This document shows positions 38,451-48,591 of a DNA stretch of 64,000 nt, in pieces (positions within the stretch are counted from its first letter, which is position 1; every line of letters begins with the position of its first letter). Made by a program: the position numbers and the translations under genes. Below the pieces are notes generated by a model that had not been told where the DNA came from, made no database searches, and was given only the letters and a program-made list of their open reading frames with translations. Source of the DNA: Spirochaetia bacterium (GTDB lineage: Bacteria; Spirochaetota; Spirochaetia; SZUA-6; Bin103); NCBI GenBank assembly GCA_965203905.1, contig CBDBDQ010000005.1:3808001-3872000 (forward strand). The letters are read 5' to 3'.

Positions 38451-38462
38451 TAGTGCGTACCT

Positions 38463-38501
38463 TGGACAGCTCGCGATTCGTAGGATAGAATCGCGGGCTG
38501 T
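38463..38501 (+). promoter_or_regulatory. Putative promoter and palindromic operator of ABC cluster 1
   Basis: TGGACA-17 nt-TAGAAT overlapped by ACAGCTCGCGATTC-N8-GAATCGCGGGCTGT (13/14 inverted repeat). Confidence 0.6.
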
Positions 38502-38691
38502 TGCCTCGAATCGAGCGCCGGTAGCTGAGCCATCGTAGCTGTCACTCCCACGGCGCCACGACATGGCCCGCTGACAACGCAGTATCACGGCCGCAGATGC
38601 TCCTCCATAGCGTACTTCGCCGGCCATGCACCCCGAGCGGTGCGGAGGAACGCGCTGTCGTGACTGACCAAGAAAGTCAAAGGAGCGCACC

Positions 38692-40722
38692 ATGAAACGG
38701 AGTTTGATGTTGCTCGCGTCGCTCAGCTTACTCGCACTGCTGAGCACCGGGATCGTGTTTGCGTCAGGCGGTGAGGGAGAGGCCGCGGAGCCCGCGGTAA
38801 GCCCGCGCGGTGCGGACAGGATTCCGCCAAGTCCGGGCATGCCTGAGGAGGCGAAGAGCTTTCAGGTCTGGGTTTCACCCGCCGCCTACGAAGCGGATAC
38901 GGGAAACGAGATTCCTGCGTACAGCGAAGCGCCCGAGTTCGCCGAAATGGTACGAGCAGGCGACCTCGCCCCCGTGGCGGAGAGATTGCCCGCAGAGCCT
39001 CAGGTCGTGAGAGGGTTCGACGGAGGAATCGGCAGCTACGGCGGCTCGATATACCGCGGCAGCTCCTGGGCCTTCTGGATGTGGAACCTGGCCGGTTTCG
39101 AGATCCTCCCGATCAGCGGGCTCCCCTATGGCGATACTTACGGCGAGTACCCCAACACCATCAGGCGCTTCGAGAGAAACGCGGATGGGACCGAGTGGAC
39201 TTTCCACCTGCGCGAAGGGATGAGGTGGTCGGATGGTGTGCTGCATACCGCGGACGACTACCTGTTCACGATGAACGACTTCTTCCTGAACAAGGAGCTC
39301 AACCCCAACCCACCCGAAGACCTCCAGCACGACGGCAGCGTCGGACGCATCGAGAAGATCGACGACCTCACCGTGAGATTCCACTTCGTCAAGCCGTGGG
39401 ACCTCACCAGAATGAGCCCGTGGAGCGCGTGGAACTGGAATCAACCAAGGCCCGCTCACTTCTACCAGCAGTGGCACGCGGATTACGCGGACCCCGAGGC
39501 ACTCGAGGACGTGGTCCGTGAGCGGGGCGTGGAGGACTGGAAGCAGCTCTTCAACCCGCGGGCCGCAGCAACGGACGAGCTCCACGGCCGGCCAACGCTG
39601 AATCCATGGACTATGGTCCAGGGCCCGCCGAAGACCCCCACCCTCTACGAACGAAACCCCTACTTCTGGCAGATCGACGAGATGGGCCAACAGCTGCCGT
39701 ACCTGGAATTGATCAGGTACGAAACCCTGAGTGAGGAGGTGGTTCAGCTGAAGGCAATCGCCGGTGAGATCACCTGGAGTGGGATCCCCCTGCGGCTGTT
39801 CCCGGAAGCGAAGAGCCAGGAAGATGCGGGCAAGATTCGGGTGATCCTGGGAGATCCCGGCGAAGGGCTCAGCCAGAACCAGATCGAGTTCAACCTCACG
39901 GTGAACGATCCGATCAAACGCCAGGTTTTTCAGGACAAGCGTTTTCGGTTCGCCGTTTCGTATGCGCTCGACCGAGAGCTGATCAACGAAACGCTGCACA
40001 TGGGGTTGGCCGAGCCCAAGCAGGTGGCGCCGCTGAAGACCAGCCCGTTCTATCATCAAGCACTGGAGACGACTGCCATCGAGCTCGACAGGGACCGGGC
40101 AAATGCGCTGCTCGACGAGATCGGCATGGAGCGGAGAGACTCGGACGGTTTCCGACTCGGTCCGGACGGCAAACCGTTTCAGGTCAACTTCATCGCGGCA
40201 GAATTCGATGTTCCGTTCGGTGAGCTGGCGATGGACTCCATGGAGAAGGTGGGCTTGAAGACCTCTTTGCGGGTCGTCGAAGTACCTGCCATGTTCGAGA
40301 TCCGCCCGGCCAACGAGTACGATGCTGCGTTCATCTGGAACTGGGCCAACCAGGACTCGATGGTGATCTCGGGCCCGGGGCACTTCGCGGCGGGAACCCT
40401 CATCAATCTGTCGGGCTTCTGGTCAGGTCAGTGGCACTACTGGTACCTGAGCGACGGGGTCGAGGGAGAAGAGCCGCCGGACATCCTCAAAGAGGCGATG
40501 GGCTACTTCGAGAAGGCCCAGGCCACGCTGGACGTCGATGAGCAGAAGCTCTGGTTCACCAAGGTGCTGGACATCGCGGCCGACAACCTGTGGGTGATTG
40601 GCTCGACCTCGGTTCCGCCACGCGTGACGGTCATCGATACGCGGCTGGTGAACATGCCCATCGCCCCCAGCGGCGAGCAGGGCATCAGCCAGAAGACCGC
40701 TATCTGGTACGTCGAAGAGTAG
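38692..40722 (+). CDS. ABC transporter substrate-binding protein, family 5
   Basis: Signal peptide ending FASGG, LAPVAERLP, LREGMRWSDG, ERNPYFW...GQQLPYL; AAGGAG RBS. Confidence 0.93.
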   Translation: MKRSLMLLASLSLLALLSTGIVFASGGEGEAAEPAVSPRGADRIPPSPGMPEEAKSFQVWVSPAAYEADTGNEIPAYSEAPEFAEMVRAGDLAPVAERLPAEPQVVRGFDGGIGSYGGSIYRGSSWAFWMWNLAGFEILPISGLPYGDTYGEYPNTIRRFERNADGTEWTFHLREGMRWSDGVLHTADDYLFTMNDFFLNKELNPNPPEDLQHDGSVGRIEKIDDLTVRFHFVKPWDLTRMSPWSAWNWNQPRPAHFYQQWHADYADPEALEDVVRERGVEDWKQLFNPRAAATDELHGRPTLNPWTMVQGPPKTPTLYERNPYFWQIDEMGQQLPYLELIRYETLSEEVVQLKAIAGEITWSGIPLRLFPEAKSQEDAGKIRVILGDPGEGLSQNQIEFNLTVNDPIKRQVFQDKRFRFAVSYALDRELINETLHMGLAEPKQVAPLKTSPFYHQALETTAIELDRDRANALLDEIGMERRDSDGFRLGPDGKPFQVNFIAAEFDVPFGELAMDSMEKVGLKTSLRVVEVPAMFEIRPANEYDAAFIWNWANQDSMVISGPGHFAAGTLINLSGFWSGQWHYWYLSDGVEGEEPPDILKEAMGYFEKAQATLDVDEQKLWFTKVLDIAADNLWVIGSTSVPPRVTVIDTRLVNMPIAPSGEQGISQKTAIWYVEE

Positions 40723-40741
40723 TATCGGGAGTCACGGTCAT

Positions 40742-40768
40742 GTCGGGGCGGGGGCATCCCGTCCCGAC
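40742..40768 (+). terminator. GC hairpin between SBP and permease genes
   Basis: GTCGGGGCGGG-loop-CCCGTCCCGAC followed by GTTTG. Confidence 0.5.
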
Positions 40769-40822
40769 GTTTGCTAAGCAACGGGAATAGCGCTTGCTGC
40801 TCGCGACGAAGCGGAGGTCTGC

Positions 40823-41809
40823 ATGCTCTCCTACATAGCCAGACGCATCGTGATCATGATCCCGACGCTGTTCCTCATCTCCATCGTTTGCTTCTTTGTG
40901 ATCGAGCTGCCACCGGGGGATATCGTCAGCAACAGAGTGCAGGAGCTGCTGCTGCGTGGCGGCGGCGACAGCGCGGCGCAGCTGGAGAACCTCCGCGAAC
41001 GCTACGGACTGAACGATCCCCAGATCGTCCGCTACTTCAGGTGGATCGGCAGGTTCCTCATCGGCAACATGGGGTACTCGCTGCACTTCAATACCCAGGT
41101 GGCGGATCTGATCCTGGAGCGGTTCGCCATGACGACGTTGGTGGCGGGCCTGTCGCTGGTGTTCACCTGGGTGGTGGCGTTTCCCATCGCCATCTATTCG
41201 GCTACCAATCAGTACTCCATTGGCGACTTCTTCTGGACCACCGTCGGCTTCATCGGTCTTGCCATCCCCAACTTCATGTTCGCGCTCATCTTGATGGTGG
41301 TCTTCTTTCGATTCTTTCCCGATCTGGGGATTGGCGGTCTGTACGCGCCGCGGTTCGTCGGTCAGCCCTTTAGTGTGGCCAAGCTGCTCAGCCTGATGGC
41401 GCATCTGGTGATCCCCGTGGTGGTCGTAGGCACGGCCGCTACGTGCGGGCTCATACGCACGGTCCGTGCCAATCTGCTCGACGAGCTGTCGAAGGCCTAC
41501 GTGATCACTGCACGAGCCAAGGGAGTAGCCGAGGGAAGGCTGCTGATAAAGTACCCGGTGCGCATCGCCCTCAATCCCTTCTTCTCCACCGTTGGGTGGG
41601 TGTTGCCCTCACTCATCTCGGGGGCGGTCATCACAGCAGTGGTGCTCGGGCTGCCCACTTCCGGACCGGTCTTCCTGCAGGCGTTGCGAGCTCAGGACAT
41701 GCAGGTAGCCGGCGCCTTCGTCATGCTGACCGCTACCCTCACCGTGATCGGCACCCTGCTCTCCGACATTCTGTTGGTGATCGTCGATCCGAGAATTCGA
41801 TACGAATGA
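40823..41809 (+). CDS. ABC permease, OppB/DppB-like
   Basis: LPPGD, YVITARAKG, DPRIRY. Confidence 0.93.
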   Translation: MLSYIARRIVIMIPTLFLISIVCFFVIELPPGDIVSNRVQELLLRGGGDSAAQLENLRERYGLNDPQIVRYFRWIGRFLIGNMGYSLHFNTQVADLILERFAMTTLVAGLSLVFTWVVAFPIAIYSATNQYSIGDFFWTTVGFIGLAIPNFMFALILMVVFFRFFPDLGIGGLYAPRFVGQPFSVAKLLSLMAHLVIPVVVVGTAATCGLIRTVRANLLDELSKAYVITARAKGVAEGRLLIKYPVRIALNPFFSTVGWVLPSLISGAVITAVVLGLPTSGPVFLQALRAQDMQVAGAFVMLTATLTVIGTLLSDILLVIVDPRIRYE

Positions 41810-41850
41810 CTGCCGCTTGGCGATTCTTCGTCGCTTCGGAGCGCTGACCA

Positions 41851-42960
41851 GTGCACGCAGCCTCGAAGAAGCAGGACGACGAGGCCCTCTACGTAGCCAG
41901 CCAGTGGCGACTGATGCGGATCAAGTTCGCCAGGCACCGGCTGGCACGGCTAGGCGGGACGGTCGTAGTGCTGTTCTACCTGGTGGCCATCCTGGCGGAG
42001 TTCATTGCTCCCTACGATCCGCGCTGGCGTGATATCGAGAATCTGTCCGTGCCGCCCGCGAGAATCCGCATCGTGGACGAGTCCGGCAAGCTCCGTGCGC
42101 CCTTCGTGTACGCCCCCACGCGGGCGAGAGATCCGGTCACACTGCAGGCGATCTACACGGAGGATAGGAGCCGGCGCTATGCCATCCGCATCTTTGCCCG
42201 CGGCGACTCGTACAAGCTGTGGGGCTTGTTCAGAAGCGACCTCCACCTGTTCGGCGTGGAAGAGAATCTGAGGGCGTACTTCTTGGGAGGCGACGAGCAG
42301 GGGCGGGACTTGCTGTCGCGCATCATGTATGGGACCCGCATCAGCCTGAGCATCGGGTTCGTCGGCGTTGCTTTGAGCTTCGGAATCGGCATCGTGATGG
42401 GGGCGATATCGGGCTATTTCGGCGGCCTTGCCGACGTCATCATTCAGCGGGTGATAGAAGTACTGCTCTCGATTCCCTCGTTACCTCTCTGGATGGCCCT
42501 GAGCGCGGGGATTCCGCTCGACTGGTCGATCTACAAGGTCTTCTTCGCGATCACCTTGATTCTCTCGCTCATCAGCTGGCCGGGACTCGCCCGCGTGGTC
42601 CGTGGGCAGCTACTCTCGCTGCGCAGTGAAGAGTTTGTGATCGCCGCCAAGGTCTCCGGCGCAACCGAAAACCGGGTCATGTTTCGGCATCTCGTTCCTT
42701 CGTTCCTGAGCTACATCATCGCGCTCAGCACGCTGGCGATCCCGGGGATGATTCTTGGCGAGACATCACTCAGTTTCCTGGGCATTGGCCTGCAACCGCC
42801 CGCCATCAGTTACGGAACGTTGTTGAAGGCGGCGCAGAACGTGAAGACGGTGATGGCGGAGCCGTGGCTGCTCATCCCCGGCCTCTTCGTCGTCGTCATC
42901 ATCCTCTCCTTCAATTTCCTGGGCGACGGCTTACGGGACGCCGCGGATCCGTACAAGTAG
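41851..42960 (+). CDS. ABC permease, OppC/DppC-like
   Basis: GRDLLSR, EFVIAAKVSG, ETSLSFLG, LGDGLRDAADP. Confidence 0.93.
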   Translation: MHAASKKQDDEALYVASQWRLMRIKFARHRLARLGGTVVVLFYLVAILAEFIAPYDPRWRDIENLSVPPARIRIVDESGKLRAPFVYAPTRARDPVTLQAIYTEDRSRRYAIRIFARGDSYKLWGLFRSDLHLFGVEENLRAYFLGGDEQGRDLLSRIMYGTRISLSIGFVGVALSFGIGIVMGAISGYFGGLADVIIQRVIEVLLSIPSLPLWMALSAGIPLDWSIYKVFFAITLILSLISWPGLARVVRGQLLSLRSEEFVIAAKVSGATENRVMFRHLVPSFLSYIIALSTLAIPGMILGETSLSFLGIGLQPPAISYGTLLKAAQNVKTVMAEPWLLIPGLFVVVIILSFNFLGDGLRDAADPYK

Positions 42961-43013
42961 ATTCCGTGGCTGGCCGTGGCGTGTGGCGCGTGTAGCGTGG
43001 TTGCGGACCTCGA

Positions 43014-45488
43014 TCAGGTCACCTCGAGCTCGAGTGTTGCGTTCTCCTCTATGACCAGAGCGGGCGAGAAAGCGATACGAATCTCATCGCCCTCGACTTC
43101 GATCTCGTAGGTGGCAGGCACCGAGACTGCGACCTCAGGCTCCTTGTCCAGGGTAAAGGCCAGGACGAGCTGGGCGAGCTCGAGCTGCCCCTTCGCGAGG
43201 CTGATCCTGAGGCGCTCGCCGTCAGCGTCCGCGGCCAAGGAGAACGTTCCCCAGCAGTGCGGCGTGACGATCGGCGCAGCGACGTTCGTCTGACCGTCCA
43301 AGGGCTTGATCGTGACCGCCTTCTCAACGCCGTCGTAGGAGAAGCCGTGTACGGTCCAGAGCATGTTCCACAGGGCGGCCGCCCGCAGGTAGTAGCCGAA
43401 GAAGGCACGGTGCGGCTTTCCGGTGTCGGCGTTCAGGTAGTCGGGAGTCGACCACAGGGCGCCAGGCATACGGGTCGTGAAGTTGTCGTACATGCGTTCC
43501 ATCACGTCCAGGACCTCCTGTGTGCTTCTCCCTTCGTAGAGTGCGAGCATCAGGAATGTGAAGGTCACCGACGGTTGGATGCCCTGACCGGCGCGGCTGT
43601 CTTCGGTGATGTACCTTCCCCAACCAGGGAGGACCATGTTGGTGATCCCGAAGCGCGTGTCGGTCGCGTTGTATCGAAAGATGGCATCGATCGCTGACTT
43701 GATGTGCTCGGCGGGCAACAGCCGGCCCAGGCCCAACAGGTGGCTGAAGAACTGCCCGTAGAGCTGATCGACGAAGCAGACGTTGAGCTTCTCTCCGCTC
43801 TCGTCACAGCACGAGGCGTAGAATTCGCCGTTCCAGAGCTTCTCCTCGGTGGCGGATCTTGCCCGCTCGAAGAGCGAGGCGCAGTGCTCGGCGGCTGCGT
43901 CATCTCCCACCCGCTCCGCCATCTTCTGCAACGCCTTCAGACTGGCCAGCCACAGAACCGTGGAGAAGATCGGCAAATAGCCCAGGTTCATGAAGTCGTT
44001 GGACGTCTGCGCGTACACGCCATCCGGCAGCGCGTCGCCGTCGCTGTCTCTGCTCGCCTCGTAGTCGCCGGCCTTCTTGGCCGACAGGTAGAGCTCGTGT
44101 AAGAACGCCTCGTCGCCGGTCCACAGGTAGTCGCGGTAGACCTGGAGGATGTACTTGGTCTCGTTGTCGAACAGATTGCGACCGGCGGCGTACGTCACGG
44201 ATGCCCCGCCGCCGATCGACTCGCCCTCGCTTGCCAGTCCCTGCAGCGTCAGCTCCTTCCCCTGGAAGGCGTAGAAGAGCTCGGGGATCTTGCCGTTGGC
44301 GACCTGATGTTGGGCGAATCTGCGAATGATGCTCTTCTCCAGCTCCGGGAACAGCATCGTCACCATCGAGGAGGCGGCATCGCGCACGTGAATCGGATCG
44401 ATGGTGGGGCAGTGAAACGACTCGTACATCGAAAACCTGCCGTCTTCGACCCACCAGCTGGTCTTGGTGAGCAGATAGGCGGCATTGCCGATCATGTCCT
44501 TGAGCCACGCTGGCGAGCTGCCAAAGTAGATCGTGTCGTGCCACTGGCGGGTCCTGTCGACCAGGTAATCGAACCGCTCTCGAAAGTAGACCAGGACGTC
44601 CTGCGCCCCCTCGTACCAGTTCGCGTACTTGTGGCCGACATAGACGCCCGTCCCGTTCTCGTGATGTTCCGGGAAGAACCAGCTCAGGAGGAGCACGATC
44701 TCCTTCTCCCGGTTCGGGTCGAGGGTGGTATTCAAGCAGATCGCGCAGTGATCAGCGGACCAGCTCGGCGACTCAGCCGCGCCCGAGACCGAGCTGACGA
44801 AGCTGTTCTCGAGACGACCGTTCTCGTACAGGGTGGAATACAGGGAGGCGGAGTCGCGGTTGGGGGAGTAGGTCACCGAATCGGCGTCGGCGTCGGCCAG
44901 GAAGCCGGCAGCCATACCGGAGATCGTCCGCGCATACGTACCGGCTTCGGCGTCGGTGATCTCGATGCCATGCAACCCTTCCTTGCTGAAGGGCGAGCAC
45001 GTCTTGCCGAAGGGGTTGTGCATCGCGTAGGCGAAGGCGATCTGGCACGGCTCGCTGGCGTTGTTCTTGACCGTGAGCTTGAAGAACGCCCCCGGCTGGC
45101 CGGAGTTGTCCGAGTCGTGTGGGATGAACGGTGAGAACGCTTCCAGTGAGACATCTACGGGGAGCTGGGTGTCCCGGTAGTGGAGATATGCGATGGGAAA
45201 CTCGCCGCGGTACTCGATCGCCTCGACTCCCCGCAGTCCCGCCGGAGGCTGCTCGAGCAGCGCGCGCGTCGTCCGCTGCTGCCCCACGACGCAATTGAAT
45301 AGAAGAAGGTTGTCCGGCAGACCGTACGAATCGTGGTGTTCCCAGGTTGCCAGCTTGTCTCTGTTGCCCCAGTTGTTGAAGATCTGCCACTGCTCGAGCG
45401 AGCCGTCGGCGCGCAGCTCCACGCTACCGGTTCCCAAGCCACCCAGGGCAACGCCGCCGTACAGTTCTCGGGTCTTCTCTGCAGCCAT
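43014..45488 (-). CDS. GH116 family glycoside hydrolase
   Basis: LGGLGTGSV, AFSPFIP, MYES, YRDYLWTGD, LWNGEFY, DQLYGQ, YLRAAALW; GAGGAGG RBS before ATG 45488. Confidence 0.88.
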   Translation of the reverse strand: MAAEKTRELYGGVALGGLGTGSVELRADGSLEQWQIFNNWGNRDKLATWEHHDSYGLPDNLLLFNCVVGQQRTTRALLEQPPAGLRGVEAIEYRGEFPIAYLHYRDTQLPVDVSLEAFSPFIPHDSDNSGQPGAFFKLTVKNNASEPCQIAFAYAMHNPFGKTCSPFSKEGLHGIEITDAEAGTYARTISGMAAGFLADADADSVTYSPNRDSASLYSTLYENGRLENSFVSSVSGAAESPSWSADHCAICLNTTLDPNREKEIVLLLSWFFPEHHENGTGVYVGHKYANWYEGAQDVLVYFRERFDYLVDRTRQWHDTIYFGSSPAWLKDMIGNAAYLLTKTSWWVEDGRFSMYESFHCPTIDPIHVRDAASSMVTMLFPELEKSIIRRFAQHQVANGKIPELFYAFQGKELTLQGLASEGESIGGGASVTYAAGRNLFDNETKYILQVYRDYLWTGDEAFLHELYLSAKKAGDYEASRDSDGDALPDGVYAQTSNDFMNLGYLPIFSTVLWLASLKALQKMAERVGDDAAAEHCASLFERARSATEEKLWNGEFYASCCDESGEKLNVCFVDQLYGQFFSHLLGLGRLLPAEHIKSAIDAIFRYNATDTRFGITNMVLPGWGRYITEDSRAGQGIQPSVTFTFLMLALYEGRSTQEVLDVMERMYDNFTTRMPGALWSTPDYLNADTGKPHRAFFGYYLRAAALWNMLWTVHGFSYDGVEKAVTIKPLDGQTNVAAPIVTPHCWGTFSLAADADGERLRISLAKGQLELAQLVLAFTLDKEPEVAVSVPATYEIEVEGDEIRIAFSPALVIEENATLELEVT

Positions 45489-45502
45489 CTGTTCCTCCTC
45501 GC

Positions 45503-46103
45503 TCAGGCCGGTAGCGCGCTCCGCTCCAGGCATCGGTAGCCCGAGTAGGCCTCCATGCCCTGGTCGATGGTGATGTAGGAGAGGATCTCGCCACTGCGGC
45601 CAGGCTCGGCTGCCACGTTGCTCCGCAGTGCCAGGTTCAACCCCAGCACCCCCCACTCCTGCAGGGAGAGCGAGCTGCGCCGGTTAGCTGCCGAGACCAG
45701 CACGATCGCTTCTTTGGTGCGTTCATTCACGGCCTGCAGCCAGTTCTCCTCCGGCTCGATCCGCGGCCAGTCGGAGAGCCGTCTCCTCGTCAACACGCTC
45801 CCTCCCAGCCGGAAGCAGGCCAAAGTCTCCTCCAGAACGCCGCCCGCCTGCACGGATGCACGTTGATAGATTGACGTGCAGGCAGTGCTCGGCGTGATGG
45901 CGCCCGATGGTGCAGGTACCGACGACCTTACCGTTTACGGTGAGCAGCAGGTATTCCAGCAGGTCGTTGTGCAGCGCGTCCTTCAGCACGTACTCGGCGG
46001 TGTACGGGATGAACAGCTCCTGGTTCCATCCCTCCTCACTCTCGTTCCACACCTGTGCCACTGCGGCCGCGTCCTGCTGCTCGAACGAGCGGATGGCGAT
46101 CGT
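45503..46103 (-). pseudogene. Eroded GNAT-domain gene
   Basis: ACG where a start is expected after GGAG; AAAVAQVWNESEEGW...GKVVGTC; a frameshift splits NL/INVHP, the acetyl-CoA motif is absent, and an unrelated C-terminal tail follows. Confidence 0.6.
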
Positions 46104-46131
46104 GTCGCCGGCTCCGCCTCTGGCCGCGCCC

Positions 46132-48252
46132 TCAGACTTCGATGATCTCGTAACCGGCCTCGTCTTTCTGCAGCGACACGTGAAAGCTCTCATGGCCGTG
46201 ACGGTAGCCGAGCACTTCACGATCGATCTCGACGACGGTCCGCACCTGCTCCGTGGCGTAGTACACAACGGTCATCCCCCGGTCGCCCACATAGACTCGC
46301 GCCACGAGACTCGGGTCGCCGACCCGGAGACCCACCGTATCCCGGAAACCCTGCGGGTATCCGGGGGCGGCACTGTCGCGCAGCTCTTTGCGGATCCGCA
46401 CGTACTGCGAGATCGCTTCATCGAGCTCGGGTGGCCAGCGTTCGCTGACCTGGAACCCGAAGTATCCCCCCGCTACGTACGACTTGACCAGACACTCGTT
46501 CACGTCGCGGACCTTCCAATCCAGCTTGAACGCGGTGTACGCACACGGCATCTCGGGGAAGGTGTAGCGCACGATCTCCATCGTTCGGAGTGCCCCGGGC
46601 TCGTCGGGATGGCCTTCGACGTTACCGGCCCACATGTCCACGTTGCGGGTGGGCAGGTCACCCGAGCACTCCGACCAGAGAAACGCCTTGCGGTTCTGGA
46701 AGCCCTCGCGAAACGCCTTGATCTGCATGTCCGTCCCACGCGAGAACGAGCCGAGCATCTTCACCGTGTCGGTGCCGTGCACGTGGTCGGGATTGGTGCA
46801 GACCAGGTGGGCTATCGGCCCCTGGTCCAGCAACACGCCACTGACATCCACCGAGTCGAATCCCGGAATGTAGCTGTGCTTCCAGAGATTCTGCCACTCC
46901 TCCTGCTCCACGCAGGCGACGTGGCCGATGTCATTCCAATAGACGTTCTGGTGATCGTAGTCGGTCTCTGCCTGCGGCACGTAGTCGACCGCCTTGGGAT
47001 GGTTGTAGAAGAGGTGGGTCAGCAGCATCACCGACTCCACGCCCATGGCGCGAATGTCGGCAACCGCCTGCTTGAACGCAGCAATTGCCGCATTGGCGTT
47101 CTCCCTGCCGCGGGGAAAGTGGTCGGGGAAGTAGAGCGGCGCTTTCTGCCAGAACGCCAGTATCGAGACCATGAGGTTCTCCGGCGCAACACCGGACTTC
47201 TCGATTGCCCGCTGCACCGCGGGCGGAACGGACTGGAATCCCTCCGGGCCTTCCTCCTTGGCGTATACGGTCTGGAAGACGGTGAGATCGATCCGCTTGG
47301 CCTCCTCGTGTACGTCCTGCCAGCGGGTGAAGTCGCCGGTGAATGCCCGCTGGTACTCATGGCGATAGATGTCCGCCATGCGGTGCCAATCGCCCGGGTG
47401 GGGGGCGAGAATCCACGGGTCGGTGCTGAAGCTCTCACCCGGGCGGATCGGATAGGCGCCACCGATCGTGGCAACCTTCTCGGTGGTCCTGGTGTGAAAC
47501 AGATTCAGCAGCTGCCAGTTGAAGGCGAATCCGTCCTCCCTGGGAGGTGTCAGACTGTTGGGGATGAGCGGATGCGCCTGGGCGTTGAAGTACATCATCA
47601 ACTGCTGCTTGTTGATGTAGCCGATGCCGATGCCGCCGTCGTCGCAGTAGAGGTCCATCCACCCCGCGGTCATGTTGCCCTGGTTGCCGTAGGTCGGATA
47701 GCCGAAGGTATCGCGCTCCGCAAAGGAGCTGCAGGGGTTGTCCCAGATCGTGCCCATCGACCAGTCCGGCACCGCGAAGTGCTCCTTCGCTCTCTCCGCG
47801 CCGGCGTGCAGCGCGCCCCAACCGGAGAAGATGTTGGTGATGTCGTACTTGCCGTGGTTCTCCACGTCGGCGGCGATGAGAAAGTAGTCCGCGCCGTCGT
47901 TCACAGAGATATGCACGGTAAGCTTGATCCCCGAGGCCGCCCCGCCGGTGGTGAGCATATTGTCGTAGGTCATGCGCAGGGTGGCGGCGCCATCCGTCGA
48001 GGTGACCTCGTAGCTCATCGTCTGGTCGGCGCAGTCGTCGGAGGCGTCGATCTGCACGCGCAGCAGGTCCGGGGAGTACCCGTCTCCCATGCGCAAGCCG
48101 AAGGGCCAGATACCCGACGCGTCGGACTTGTGGTGGAGACCCGTCTCCTTGCTGAAGATGTCCCGGATGTAGCCGGTTCTGCTGTCGAGCTTCAGCTCAA
48201 CCTTGTCGTTGCCAATGCTCAGGTGCGAAGGTTCAGCGTATGACTTCGACAT
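46132..48252 (-). CDS. Uncharacterised glycoside-hydrolase-like protein (DUF6259-like)
   Basis: About 706 aa; N-terminal beta-rich region, HPGDWHRMADIYR, GVLLDQ, C...DHVHG, WSECSGD; lies upstream of GH116. Confidence 0.6.
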   Translation of the reverse strand: MSKSYAEPSHLSIGNDKVELKLDSRTGYIRDIFSKETGLHHKSDASGIWPFGLRMGDGYSPDLLRVQIDASDDCADQTMSYEVTSTDGAATLRMTYDNMLTTGGAASGIKLTVHISVNDGADYFLIAADVENHGKYDITNIFSGWGALHAGAERAKEHFAVPDWSMGTIWDNPCSSFAERDTFGYPTYGNQGNMTAGWMDLYCDDGGIGIGYINKQQLMMYFNAQAHPLIPNSLTPPREDGFAFNWQLLNLFHTRTTEKVATIGGAYPIRPGESFSTDPWILAPHPGDWHRMADIYRHEYQRAFTGDFTRWQDVHEEAKRIDLTVFQTVYAKEEGPEGFQSVPPAVQRAIEKSGVAPENLMVSILAFWQKAPLYFPDHFPRGRENANAAIAAFKQAVADIRAMGVESVMLLTHLFYNHPKAVDYVPQAETDYDHQNVYWNDIGHVACVEQEEWQNLWKHSYIPGFDSVDVSGVLLDQGPIAHLVCTNPDHVHGTDTVKMLGSFSRGTDMQIKAFREGFQNRKAFLWSECSGDLPTRNVDMWAGNVEGHPDEPGALRTMEIVRYTFPEMPCAYTAFKLDWKVRDVNECLVKSYVAGGYFGFQVSERWPPELDEAISQYVRIRKELRDSAAPGYPQGFRDTVGLRVGDPSLVARVYVGDRGMTVVYYATEQVRTVVEIDREVLGYRHGHESFHVSLQKDEAGYEIIEV

Positions 48253-48591
48253 CACACCCAGCCCTCTTCGGCGGCCGCGCGGCGATTCTCGCGCCGCGGT
48301 GCTCCTCACTCGGCATGTACGTACCCCCGTGATCGCTCGTCTTCACGCCACCCTGTTCCTCATGCAAACGCTTCGGTTGAGGTCGTAGCGCGCTGCAGAG
48401 TATGCACTCGAGCGTACTCCGAGACGCAGGGTGCGTCGAGCGTGTGTCAGAGTGGGCCGAAACTGCACGAACGTGGCGGGTGAGGTTGCTCACTCGGATG
48501 GGTCGCGTGAGAGCGGATCGTCGCGCGGACGGCGAGCGCATTGCTCCACGACCGGCGGCAGTGTTCAATGGCGCGAGGCGTTGGAGGTGAC

